From an uncultured bacterium (lineage in GTDB: Bacteria; UBP14; UBA6098): a stretch of 64,000 nucleotides of DNA. A model generated the notes under the pieces. It ran no database searches, was not told the DNA's origin, and saw only the letters and a program-made list of their open reading frames with translations. This document shows, one piece after another, positions 1-8,379 of the stretch. Within the stretch, counting starts at the first letter, position 1, and every line of letters starts with the position of its first letter. A program made the translations under genes and the position numbers. The stretch covers positions 9,497 to 73,496 of the forward strand of contig CAZSHG010000010.1 in the NCBI GenBank assembly GCA_964606695.1, written 5' to 3'.

Positions 1-1
1 A

Positions 2-1483
2 ACGGACTGTGGCGAGGATAAAATCTTCGAGAGTATTATCGAACAAATCGAACCGTTGCTCGACAAGGTTTCTCTGGATTTAGGTTCGGTGCAGGAACCG
101 GAATTGCCGGAATATAAGGAAAGCTGGCTGGCTAAATCGGCGGGCGATGACATTGCGGAGGTTGAGACGTTCATCGACGGTCTCCCGAAACACAAATATC
201 CGGGCAAGCTCATCGCGATGGAAGGAGCGTCTCGGGAGAGCGTTACGCATCAGGTGAACGCGCTTTACGACTGGTTCCAGATACACAACGTGGACGTTGT
301 CAAGGCGGGTATCGGCGAGACGTGGATATCGTCCGAGATAATGAACAAAGCAATGTCGAAAAATGCGTTGTCCGCACGAACCAACGTGATGCTGGCCGCC
401 AGCGAGATGGCGTATATCATAGAAACCGAAGTCGTCCCGGCGCTGGAACGTGGCGCGACGGTCATCCTCAACAGATTCTTCCTGACGACGCTGGTGAGCG
501 GTTTATTGAGCCACATGGGCAGGGAATGGCTTGCGGAAACGCTGAAAGGTTTCGCTATAAAACCGGATCTGACGTTGTATATCGACACGCCGACCGATAT
601 TCTACTGGAAAAGAACGACCTGTCAAACCTGCTCGCGATAGAATCGCTCAAATTGGATCTCGACGACGACATACCTCGCAATATCGAAATAAACTACGAT
701 TATTATCATGACGAAGTCCTTTCGGCATACAGAAAAATCGTGGAAGCGGACGCATTGCCGATAATCCGGGATAGTGATGATCGAACCGAGCTTTACAATC
801 CGATTATCGAAGCGGTTTCCGGGGAAATCGGCATCGACCCGGACGAGAAGGGCATCGATAAGGAATTGAAGGAAGTCCTGGAACTATATCATAAACACAA
901 CGGCTATTTCGAACACGCGCAGAAGGTCCGCCGTTTCGCGACGCAGTTATTCGACGTAACAGTGGACATCCACGGCTTGAACAGCCGCGCACGGCGGCTA
1001 TTGGAATACGCGGCACTGCTTCACGACGTCGGAAGGTCGCAGGGGGAGAACCACGAAAAGCACAGCTACAAGATCATCATGAAGAACAAATTCTCCCGAA
1101 TAAAGAAGCGGGAAAAGCGAATTATCGCCATCGCCGCGCTTTACCACAACGGTTCTGTGAGCGGATTAAATCTGTCTCGGCAATGGAAACTTCGCGCGGG
1201 CGAACAACTTGCTGTGCGCCGTCTGGCCGCTATTCTCCGCGTCGCCGACGCCCTGGATTCCTCCGACAGGCAGGTCATTATGAAATTGCGCTTGTCAAGG
1301 GAGGAAAAAGCGCTCATATTGGATATTAACTCGGTGAACAAGGCGAAGGCCGAACGGAAATCCGTCCTTAACAAGAAGGATTTGTTCGAGCAGGAATTCG
1401 GGCTTGACGTTCTGGTCGATAGGAACCGCGCCGAGAGAATGAAAACTAAAGGCGTAAAATCCGGAAGGGAGCTTTTCCTATGA
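2..1483 (+). CDS. Thymidylate-kinase-like domain (degenerate P-loop) fused to a Ppx/GppA-type HD domain; probably 5'-truncated by the window edge
   Basis: The frame is open from nt 2 (TDCGEDKIF...). The first in-window start is TTG at 56. N-terminal half: LIAMEGASRESVT sits where dTMP kinases have EGxDGxGK[ST]T, and NRFFLTTLVSG and PDLTLYIDTP are also kinase-like. C-terminal half: HAQKVRRFATQLFD...LLHDVGRS..HEKHSYKII...ALYHNG resembles the HD region of exopolyphosphatase/GppA. The stop overlaps the next start (ATGA at 1480-1483). Confidence 0.6.
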   Translation, partial: TDCGEDKIFESIIEQIEPLLDKVSLDLGSVQEPELPEYKESWLAKSAGDDIAEVETFIDGLPKHKYPGKLIAMEGASRESVTHQVNALYDWFQIHNVDVVKAGIGETWISSEIMNKAMSKNALSARTNVMLAASEMAYIIETEVVPALERGATVILNRFFLTTLVSGLLSHMGREWLAETLKGFAIKPDLTLYIDTPTDILLEKNDLSNLLAIESLKLDLDDDIPRNIEINYDYYHDEVLSAYRKIVEADALPIIRDSDDRTELYNPIIEAVSGEIGIDPDEKGIDKELKEVLELYHKHNGYFEHAQKVRRFATQLFDVTVDIHGLNSRARRLLEYAALLHDVGRSQGENHEKHSYKIIMKNKFSRIKKREKRIIAIAALYHNGSVSGLNLSRQWKLRAGEQLAVRRLAAILRVADALDSSDRQVIMKLRLSREEKALILDINSVNKAKAERKSVLNKKDLFEQEFGLDVLVDRNRAERMKTKGVKSGRELFL

Positions 1484-2367
1484 TGAAAGCCTTTTCGCAT
1501 ATTTGGTGGAGTGCGATAGTAATTGTGATGATCGGCGCGATGATATTGATCCTGGGCAGTGAGCGTATTATGAGCGATTTGTCAGCCACCACGACGGCTT
1601 TCGCGCAGTCGATCGATTCCTTGTTCACATCGACCGGCGAAACGCAGGCGGAAGGCCCGCCTGACGAAGGAGGCGCGCCGCGCAAACCGCTATGGGATAC
1701 CGATTGGAGCAACGCATTCAACATCATAGCAACGCTTCTGCTGGCGTCGGTGCTGTCCGCTCTGGTTAGCTACAGGCGGGGGGGAGGCAAGGCGCAGATG
1801 GATTTCACCGAGGCGCACGTTGTTTTGTCCGTGGCCGCGGCGCTGATGATGATGATCATCGGCAGTCAGATAGCGCGCGCTTTCGGTTTGATGGGCGCGG
1901 CGTCGATAGTCCGTTATCGATATTCGCTCAAATCGCCTAAAGAGGCCAGTTCGCTGGTGATAGCTCTCGGTGTGGGAATGGCATGTGGCGTGGGACTCTA
2001 CCCTCTGGCGATTATTGCGTCGCTGTATATTGTCGCGATGATATTCATCTTCGAGCACCTTCCCGACGGCTTGAAGAAAGCGCTTTTCCCCACGAGTTGG
2101 AACTGGAACCTGCGAGTCCGGACTATCGACCCGGACGATACCCTCGCAAAAATGAAGGAAATCCTATCCGACGAGGAAGTCGTATTCAAAATCAAACGTG
2201 TGCGGGGCGACCGAGGCCCTAACAGCGACCAGACCGAGATCGAGGTCGAGATCGCGGGTTATGTCGATAGGAATCATTTCGCTGAGGAAATCACCGGGCC
2301 TAATGTAATTCGGGTGCGGTGGAAACGCGAGAAATCCTCCAGCTGGGACGATCTGGAGATCGAGTAA
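1480..2367 (+). CDS. DUF4956-like integral membrane protein with a soluble C-terminal extension
   Basis: Several hydrophobic helices. The motif GAASIVRYRYSLKSPKEASSLVIALGVGMACGVGLY matches the remembered DUF4956 core (G-A-x-S-L-V-R-F-R-x6-K/R-D/E...A-M-A-V-G-L-A-x-G). ATGA overlap upstream and TAATG overlap downstream. Confidence 0.55.
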   Translation: MMKAFSHIWWSAIVIVMIGAMILILGSERIMSDLSATTTAFAQSIDSLFTSTGETQAEGPPDEGGAPRKPLWDTDWSNAFNIIATLLLASVLSALVSYRRGGGKAQMDFTEAHVVLSVAAALMMMIIGSQIARAFGLMGAASIVRYRYSLKSPKEASSLVIALGVGMACGVGLYPLAIIASLYIVAMIFIFEHLPDGLKKALFPTSWNWNLRVRTIDPDDTLAKMKEILSDEEVVFKIKRVRGDRGPNSDQTEIEVEIAGYVDRNHFAEEITGPNVIRVRWKREKSSSWDDLEIE

Positions 2368-3329
2368 TGATTGGAAGCCGGATTGCAATATTCCTCCTCG
2401 CACTTTTTTGCACTATTTCTTTTGCTAAAATCGACGTGGACGTCGGCGGGGATATAATCGCCGGATGGAGTTGGGATTCGCGGGAGATCTATCCTAACAA
2501 CGAGTTTTATCTCGATCGCGTCCGCCCGAAGATCGAGGTCGATTTCGACACGCTGGACAGATTCTCAGCGGAAATATCCTTTGACCTGAACTTCTACGGC
2601 GCGGAACTCAAGGATGTCGAACTCGACTATAAGTATTCACGGGCAATCGGTTTTGGTATCGGACGACGGCGCAAGCCCTTCGGCGTTGAGGATTTATTCA
2701 GACGATGGTCGTCGCCGGGTGTCGATTGGACTGAATTACACGGCAGTTTGGACGATGCGCATTACCTCGATCGCGATGTAGGCCTCTGGGCAAAAGGTAA
2801 GGTCTTTCAGGAACCGTATCAAATCGAATACGAAATCGGCATATTCAACGGAAGAGACGACGAAGTTATAACCAGCGAAAAGAATTACGCGGGCAGGCTG
2901 ATATACTCGCCCTCAAAATCTATCGACCTAATCTTTAGCTACGGCAACGGACTGGACACTTTGGGCTTGAAGTTCCGAGATGGAATAGGGGTCGGCGCGA
3001 TTCTCGAATTCGGCGATTTAGATTGCGCTGGTGAGGCGATTTTCGTTCAGGATATGGACAGAGGGAAAGCAATAACCGGCTATCAGGTCTGGGTGCGCTA
3101 TTTTGTGGGCAATTTTGCCCCGTATATTCAATTTGAGGCCCTCGAAGATTTATGGAACAACCCCGACGACCCGGATTGCTCGATAGACAACAGGCAGAAA
3201 CGGTTCCATCTCGGTTTAACCTTCGACCCGGTCTATAACATCCGCCTGAGGCTCGAGAGCATACACGATAATATCGAAACCGAACCGCAATACACCACAA
3301 TCAAACTTCAAGCACAGGTAGATTTTTAA
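2367..3329 (+). CDS. Outer-membrane porin, phosphate-selective porin O/P (OprO/OprP)-like
   Basis: I moved the start to the ATG at 2367 (TAATG overlap), which gives the signal peptide MIGSRIAIFLLALFCTISFA. GRRRKPFGVEDLFRRWSS and DRDVGLWAKG...YEIGIFNG resemble the porin O/P signature (GRFKxPFGLE ... RDxG ... GxFNG). Alternating beta-strand pattern and a C-terminal Phe (QAQVDF). Confidence 0.55.
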   Translation: MIGSRIAIFLLALFCTISFAKIDVDVGGDIIAGWSWDSREIYPNNEFYLDRVRPKIEVDFDTLDRFSAEISFDLNFYGAELKDVELDYKYSRAIGFGIGRRRKPFGVEDLFRRWSSPGVDWTELHGSLDDAHYLDRDVGLWAKGKVFQEPYQIEYEIGIFNGRDDEVITSEKNYAGRLIYSPSKSIDLIFSYGNGLDTLGLKFRDGIGVGAILEFGDLDCAGEAIFVQDMDRGKAITGYQVWVRYFVGNFAPYIQFEALEDLWNNPDDPDCSIDNRQKRFHLGLTFDPVYNIRLRLESIHDNIETEPQYTTIKLQAQVDF

Positions 3330-3841
3330 TGAGATCAACTATTGTAATACCCGCCTGCCTTGCGCTCATCGTCCTTGCCGCCTGCACGAAATCGCCATAC
3401 GAACCTGAACCCGAGCCGGTGGATAGCTGGCATTTAGTTATTTTGACGGAAATTCTGTCCGACAACGAGACCGTAATCGCGGATGAGTTCGGTGATTATG
3501 ACGATTACATCGAGATTTACAACCCACAGGACACTTCGATCGATTTATCCGGTTACTTTCTTACCGACGATCCATGGGAACTTAAATACGAGTTCCCGTT
3601 ATATACGGTTCTCCAACCGGACACGGTTATTCTAATCTGGTGCGACACCGAGCCCGATGAGGGGGATTACCACGCCGATTTTCGTGTAAGTTTGGACGGC
3701 GAATGGGTCGGCCTTTACGACCTCTATGGCTCGCTAATCGACAGCGTAACCGTCCCCGCCCTCCCCGCTGATTCCGCTTATGCGAGGGACGATTCCACTT
3801 CCGAATGGCAGATCACCTCGCCCTCGCCGGGAGAGAGATAG
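3329..3841 (+). CDS. Lipoprotein with a lamin-tail domain (LTD)
   Basis: Lipobox LIVLAAC. ILSDNETVIADEFGDYDDYIEIYNPQDTSIDLSGYFLTDD matches the LTD pattern (dWIElyN..vdLsGw.L.D). TAATG overlap with the upstream gene. Confidence 0.6.
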   Translation: MRSTIVIPACLALIVLAACTKSPYEPEPEPVDSWHLVILTEILSDNETVIADEFGDYDDYIEIYNPQDTSIDLSGYFLTDDPWELKYEFPLYTVLQPDTVILIWCDTEPDEGDYHADFRVSLDGEWVGLYDLYGSLIDSVTVPALPADSAYARDDSTSEWQITSPSPGER

Positions 3842-4332
3842 AATAGAATCTTCTGTTTCCGCGAAACATGCGGTTGTCACAGTTCTTGCTAACTCTTTTT
3901 TGCCGATTTTAAATTGTGTGAGAAGGCAAGAACTGCGCCAACCGCTTATCCGCCTGGATTTCTTACTGTTTACATAATTTCTCGATCGCAGGTCGCTGTC
4001 ACGCTACGTGCGAGGGATTCCTTTTTTTTGCAGGATTTCCCCTGTAGGCACGTATCGCGCCAGCGACTCTCATTGCAAACCGGCGCCGGGGATATGAGAG
4101 ACTTTTCGAATACCTTTAAAAAGGCTTGCACCCCGCAACCCCGCGAATTATATTGTCATTCGATGATCGATGGTAAGAAACATATCATCAAATCCAAAAA
4201 CGTTTCAAACGGCATTTCCGACGTGCGCCACACCCTGTTCGAGCGGATTGGCGGGGCATGCAGTAGCAACAATGTGCAACAAGCCCAAATCGAAGAACTC
4301 AAAGACGAAATCAAACAACTAAAGGAGAACAA

Positions 4333-5505
4333 ATGAAAAGAACCATTCTAATCCTTCTCGCCTTAGCGGCCATTCTAACGGCCGCGCCTGTTGAGAACGT
4401 CATCTCGTTTCAGGGCAAGCTCGTCGAGGGCGGCGCGCCGGTCGATGGAACTCGAAATATTGTATTCAGAATCTATGACACAGATGCTGGCGGTGTCCAC
4501 CTATGGGAGGAATCCCACCTCGGCGTGTCGGTCGTAGGCGGCCTGTTCAATGTCGAACTCGGCGGTTCCGTAAATTTCGCCGGTGCCGGAGTGAGTTTCG
4601 ACGAACAATACTGGATCGGAATCTCTGTCGGCGGCGGCGCGGAAATTACGCCGAGATACAAGCTGACCAGTTCATCGTATTCGATGGCTCCGTGGACAAT
4701 CGACGCCGATAACATCTACCGCGAAACCGGAAATGTAGGCATCGGAACGAACAGCCCTGTTTACAAATTGCATGTCAGTGCGGAAGGAGGTGGAACTGCT
4801 GTTTATGGTTTCACTGACGCCCTATTCATAGACAACTTTGGCATCATTGGCGCACAGGATGTGTCAACATGCTGGGGCGGCCTCGGCGGATATACCGTCG
4901 AAGGAAACGACGTCGGTGTTTACGGTGTTCAAGGCACGGGTGATTATGCCGGTTATTTCGACGGCGGCGTGTTCGTCGATGGTCAAATAACTATCTCCGG
5001 CGGTTCTCCCGGCGCAGGCAAAGTCCTCACATCGAATGCGAGCGGCTTGGCCACCTGGCAAACACCCGCAGGCGGCTCGAATTGGACACTATCGAGTGGC
5101 AACGTTTACCGCACAACGGGTAATGTTGGAATAGGCACATCATCACCAACTAACAAACTTCACGTTGTGGGCAATACACTTATCGACGGAACCCTAAAAA
5201 CAGGTAATCATACTTCATCAGCAGTTCCAGTAGCTTATGGCAGTATTGCTTCTGATGGTTCAATTTCGTCAGGAACCTCAAATGTTCTATCTTGTGTTTG
5301 GAGTGGAACTTATGAAAGATATGAGATTACTATTGATGGCGAGAGTTATTACGGTCCTACTTATCCAACGGTTGTTACAACAACGGGTAGTTCACCGGCA
5401 ATAGCTAGAACAGGCTCTGTAAGTAGTAAACTTCTTGTTTTCATATATAACTTAAGCGGTGATCAAATTCAAACAGCTTTCAGCTTCGTTATTTATAAAC
5501 CATAA
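4333..5505 (+). CDS. Secreted fibre-like protein, head-domain paralog of the 2456-aa giant
   Basis: RBS aaaggagaac precedes the ATG. Signal peptide MKRTILILLALAAILTAAP. The head motif VISFQGKLVEGGAPVDG..FRIYD..GG..LWEESH....GLFNVELGG parallels the N-terminus of the ORF at 10542-17912. Two copies of GNVGIGT(N/S)SP..KLHV. Confidence 0.75.
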   Translation: MKRTILILLALAAILTAAPVENVISFQGKLVEGGAPVDGTRNIVFRIYDTDAGGVHLWEESHLGVSVVGGLFNVELGGSVNFAGAGVSFDEQYWIGISVGGGAEITPRYKLTSSSYSMAPWTIDADNIYRETGNVGIGTNSPVYKLHVSAEGGGTAVYGFTDALFIDNFGIIGAQDVSTCWGGLGGYTVEGNDVGVYGVQGTGDYAGYFDGGVFVDGQITISGGSPGAGKVLTSNASGLATWQTPAGGSNWTLSSGNVYRTTGNVGIGTSSPTNKLHVVGNTLIDGTLKTGNHTSSAVPVAYGSIASDGSISSGTSNVLSCVWSGTYERYEITIDGESYYGPTYPTVVTTTGSSPAIARTGSVSSKLLVFIYNLSGDQIQTAFSFVIYKP

Positions 5506-5524
5506 TAACTTCATAGGAGCAATC

Positions 5525-6061
5525 ATGCGCAAATACATCATTCTACTTATTTTCGCGGCGGCAATAGCGTTTTCGCAGACCGAGGTGAACTGGTGGGTGT
5601 TCGACGGCGGAGGCGGAATGCGTTCACCGGCGTCGGGCGACACCCTTTACGCCTCGATTGGCCAGGGGGCGATAGGATTCTCCAACGGCGGAACAGCCGA
5701 GGTTTCCGCAGGCTATCTCTACGGCGTCAACGGCCTTGTCAAAATCGACGAGAACGACGAGGATTTAGACGACAGTGGCGACGAAACCAAGCGCCCATAC
5801 GTGTTTGGAATCAATTCCATATCGCCGAATCCGTTCAACCCGACATGCAAAATCGAGTTCGAGGTGGAAGACGGCGCGCCGGTTACCTTCGAGTTCTACG
5901 ATATGCTCGGAAGAGTCGTCGATTCGCCTATTCGCGGCGAGGTCATGGCTCCGGGCAAATATCAGCTCACCTGGGGCGGCGATTTGCCCTCAGGCACCTA
6001 TTTCGCGAGGCTAACCTCGAACAACAGAGCAATCACCAAACGAGTTGTTTACCTGAAATAG
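5525..6061 (+). CDS. Small secreted protein with a T9SS type-A C-terminal sorting domain
   Basis: I moved the start to the ATG at 5525 (RBS ataggag), which gives the signal peptide MRKYIILLIFAAAIAFSQ. The C-terminus NPFNPTCKIEFEV...VTFEFYDMLGRVV....PGKYQLTWGG....GTYFARL....ITKRVVYLK is a typical Por/T9SS CTD. Confidence 0.8.
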   Translation: MRKYIILLIFAAAIAFSQTEVNWWVFDGGGGMRSPASGDTLYASIGQGAIGFSNGGTAEVSAGYLYGVNGLVKIDENDEDLDDSGDETKRPYVFGINSISPNPFNPTCKIEFEVEDGAPVTFEFYDMLGRVVDSPIRGEVMAPGKYQLTWGGDLPSGTYFARLTSNNRAITKRVVYLK

Positions 6062-6071
6062 AACAAAAAAC

Positions 6072-6105
6072 ATCGGGCGGGGCGAAAAAAATCGCTCCGC
6101 CCGAT
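6072..6105 (+). terminator. Stem-loop downstream of the T9SS cargo gene
   Basis: atcgggcgg (6072-6080) pairs perfectly with ccgcccgat (6097-6105). There is no clean T-tract after it. Confidence 0.4.
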
Positions 6106-6200
6106 TAGAATCGACCGGTATTTGGGCGAAAACGCCCTGAATAGTCATAAGTTCTTTAAAATCAATGAGTTGAAGATGTCGAGTGGTTGATTAAAGTTGT

Positions 6201-6473
6201 CGATAAATGCGTTTGTGCTCTCGATTAGTAGATTTTAGCAATCAATCAGGCAGATTTAGGAGTCGATCAGACAATTTGAGCAACCGACCGGGCAGTTTTA
6301 GTAGTCGATCAGACGATTTGAGCAAACGACCGGGCAGTTTTAGCAGTCGATCAGACAATTTGAGCAATCGATCAATCAACTTTTGCGCTAAAATCGTCCA
6401 ATCGGGTGCTAAAATCGACCAATCGGGTGCTCAAATCGACCAATCGGGAGCTCAAATTGCTTGATCGATGGCT
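6201..6473. repeat. Array of 13 consecutive 21-bp phased units (42-bp super-units), with the right arm an inverted copy of the left arm
   Basis: Units start at 6201, 6222, 6243 ... 6453. Examples: cgatcagacaatttgagcaac / cgaccgggcagttttagtagt / cgatcagacgatttgagcaaa / cgaccgggcagttttagcagt. From 6390: aaaatcgaccaatcgggtgct x3. The reverse complement of the right arm (tcgatcaagcaatttgagctcccgattggtcga...) aligns with the left arm (tcgatcagacaatttgagcaaccgaccgggcag...). Confidence 0.85.
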
Positions 6474-6510
6474 TTTTTTATCCACTCGGAAACAAAAATC
6501 CCTTTTCCCT

Positions 6511-6649
6511 CGTTCCACAGCTCCAGCTGTGGAACGCCACTGCCCTCGAAGCTCCGCTTCGACTAAGCGAAGCATAGCTTCGGACGCATTTTCATCGCAT
6601 AGCTGGAGCTATGCGACGAGAGGGGGCTGGAGCTATGCGGCGAGAGGGG
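6511..6649. repeat. Cluster of three palindromic hairpins plus a 24-bp tandem direct repeat
   Basis: cgttccacagct-cc-agctgtggaacg (6511-6536). gaagct..gcttcg-actaag-cgaagc..agcttc (6548-6581). gcatagct-gg-agctatgc (6597-6614). gctggagctatgcg[a/g]cgagagggg occurs at 6602-6625 and 6626-6649. Confidence 0.8.
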
Positions 6650-6699
6650 AAAATAATCCAAACCCCGCCCTTCCGCAAATAAAAAAGGGCGACCACAGT

Positions 6700-8379
6700 T
6701 CATTGAGTTTTATATGCACGGGAGGAGTTTCTGCCAGCTTTCTTTGCGGAATACATAGCTCTGTCAGCGTTTCGTATGTAGCTTGCTACATCAAATCGAT
6801 TTTCGCTTTCTGCGACGCCAAAAGACATCGTAACTTTAACGCTTTTTCCTTCATAAATGATATTAATGCTTTCAATTTTCTTCCGTAACTTCTCGGCAAC
6901 TACTAAAGCGCCTGAGATTTTGGTTTCAGGGAGTAGCAAAATGAATTCTTCGCCGCCCCATCTACCGACAGAATCCTGTTTACGAATACTTTCGCGTATC
7001 AGCTTTGAAATTTCTTCAAGGACGACATCTCCACATTCATGGCCGTAAGTATCGTTTATTTGCTTGAAGTAATCTATATCGCAGATGCCAATGGAAAATG
7101 GGTTTCCGCTTCTCTCCGAACGATGGCATTCGATTTTTACTATTTCTTGAAAATAGCGGCGGTTCCACAGTCCCGTAAGGGGATCGATCCGAGAAATTTC
7201 TTCGAGTTTCTCGTAAGCCTTTGCGAGTTCGGTGTGTTGAGCCTCTATTTTTTCCTTTGCGGAGGCAAGTTCAACATTGCGCAACCGATATATTTCAGCT
7301 TCTTTTTCTTTGCGTTCAGTCTCGAATTTTGTTTTCATCTCGGAAATTTTCTCTTTTAATTCAGAGTCCGCATATTCTATTTCCGCGTAGCGAAACTTTT
7401 TAAAATATTCGAGTGCATTTTTATAATCGCCCAGCTTTTCGTAAACTGCAGAAAGTGTGCTGTTAGAATTCATTATTGCTTCAACCCAGTTGGGTTCTTC
7501 GGCCATTTCCAACACGGTGTTCAGTATTACGATGCTTTTTTCAAAATCGCCTCGAAGATAATGTAACTCACCTATAGATTCGAGTGTAAGAGCCGTCTGC
7601 ATCTTGTTACCAAGTTCTTCTATAATGGCCAATTCCTTGTTAGAAAATTGCAGAGCTTTATCATATTCGCCGAGACCCTTATAACAGTTTGAAAGGTTAT
7701 TGAACAAAGCACTTTGCTGAACTTTCGACCCTTTTTCTAAAGTGTAATCAATTATCGGCTCCAGATATTCCAGGGCTTTTTTGTAATCGTGTTTGATGTC
7801 CGCATATATATTGCCTATGTTGCTTTTAAGGGTATTAATCTGTTCGATTGATCCAGTTTCAACTACGATATCGTGGGCTTGTAGAATGTATTGAAGGGCG
7901 TTATCGAAATCACCCATCTTAAAATAAATTCCCGCCAGAGTATTCAGTGCCGGGACGATAGATAAATCGAAATCGTTTTCCTCACACAGATTTATCGAAT
8001 CGAAACAAAGTTCCATAGCTTCGTCGAATTCGAGTTGGACGAACTTTATATAGGCAAGCTTCTGTTTTAGGCGAGCTACTCCTTTTAGATACCCTTTAAC
8101 TTCAAATTCTTCGATCCCCGCAGAATATTTATCGATTGCCGATTCATAATCGCCGCGAGAACGATAATGTTCGCCAACTGCATTGTAAATATCCGCTTTC
8201 AATGACAACGAACCGATGCTATCGGCGAATTTGTCTGCATCATCGACCTCCGATAACAAATCGGGATGATTCGTCTTAATCAAATAGCGGATTAAATCAG
8301 CATAGACATTTACCCTCTCTTCATCCGTGTCAGCGGAGCCGAGTTCCTTTCGAAAGTTTTTAATCCTTTCATCATTCAT
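6700..8379 (-). CDS. TPR-repeat / coiled-coil / GGDEF diguanylate cyclase
   Basis: The N-terminal ~330 aa contain repeated TPR-like units (..Y..G.Y..A..Y..A...). A coiled-coil segment follows (EKISEMKTKFETERKEKEAEIYRLRN). C-terminus: DPLTGLWNRRYF...GGEEF active site, with RKQD (RxxD I-site) five residues upstream. Confidence 0.85.
   Translation of the reverse strand: MNDERIKNFRKELGSADTDEERVNVYADLIRYLIKTNHPDLLSEVDDADKFADSIGSLSLKADIYNAVGEHYRSRGDYESAIDKYSAGIEEFEVKGYLKGVARLKQKLAYIKFVQLEFDEAMELCFDSINLCEENDFDLSIVPALNTLAGIYFKMGDFDNALQYILQAHDIVVETGSIEQINTLKSNIGNIYADIKHDYKKALEYLEPIIDYTLEKGSKVQQSALFNNLSNCYKGLGEYDKALQFSNKELAIIEELGNKMQTALTLESIGELHYLRGDFEKSIVILNTVLEMAEEPNWVEAIMNSNSTLSAVYEKLGDYKNALEYFKKFRYAEIEYADSELKEKISEMKTKFETERKEKEAEIYRLRNVELASAKEKIEAQHTELAKAYEKLEEISRIDPLTGLWNRRYFQEIVKIECHRSERSGNPFSIGICDIDYFKQINDTYGHECGDVVLEEISKLIRESIRKQDSVGRWGGEEFILLLPETKISGALVVAEKLRKKIESINIIYEGKSVKVTMSFGVAESENRFDVASYIRNADRAMYSAKKAGRNSSRAYKTQ

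Noticed and set aside
3914-4336. 140-aa ORF in the 490-nt gap upstream of the fibre-like gene; a shorter 57-aa version starts at the ATG at 4163
   Set aside because: No RBS precedes either start, the composition is odd (Cys/Arg-rich N-terminal part), and I see no recognisable motif. The only positive sign is the ATGA stop/start overlap at 4333-4336, which can arise by chance. I left it unannotated, but a small coupled ORF cannot be excluded.
6207-6464. 85-aa ORF (MRLCSRLVDFSNQSGRFRSRSDNLSNRPGSFSSRSDDLSKRPG...) in the track
   Set aside because: It is a straight translation of the 21/42-bp DNA repeat array. It has Ser/Arg-rich low complexity, no RBS, and overlapping ORFs of similar quality in other frames and on the other strand. 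I treat it as non-coding repeat DNA.
6201-6473. Possible CRISPR array
   Set aside because: The units are contiguous 21-mers with no unique spacers, half of the array is inverted, and no cas genes or leader are present in the window.
6666-6691. Hairpin cgccctt-N12-aagggcg just past the stop of the GGDEF gene, as its terminator
   Set aside because: The stem is short with a large loop, and no clear T-tract follows on either strand. It is too weak to annotate as a terminator.
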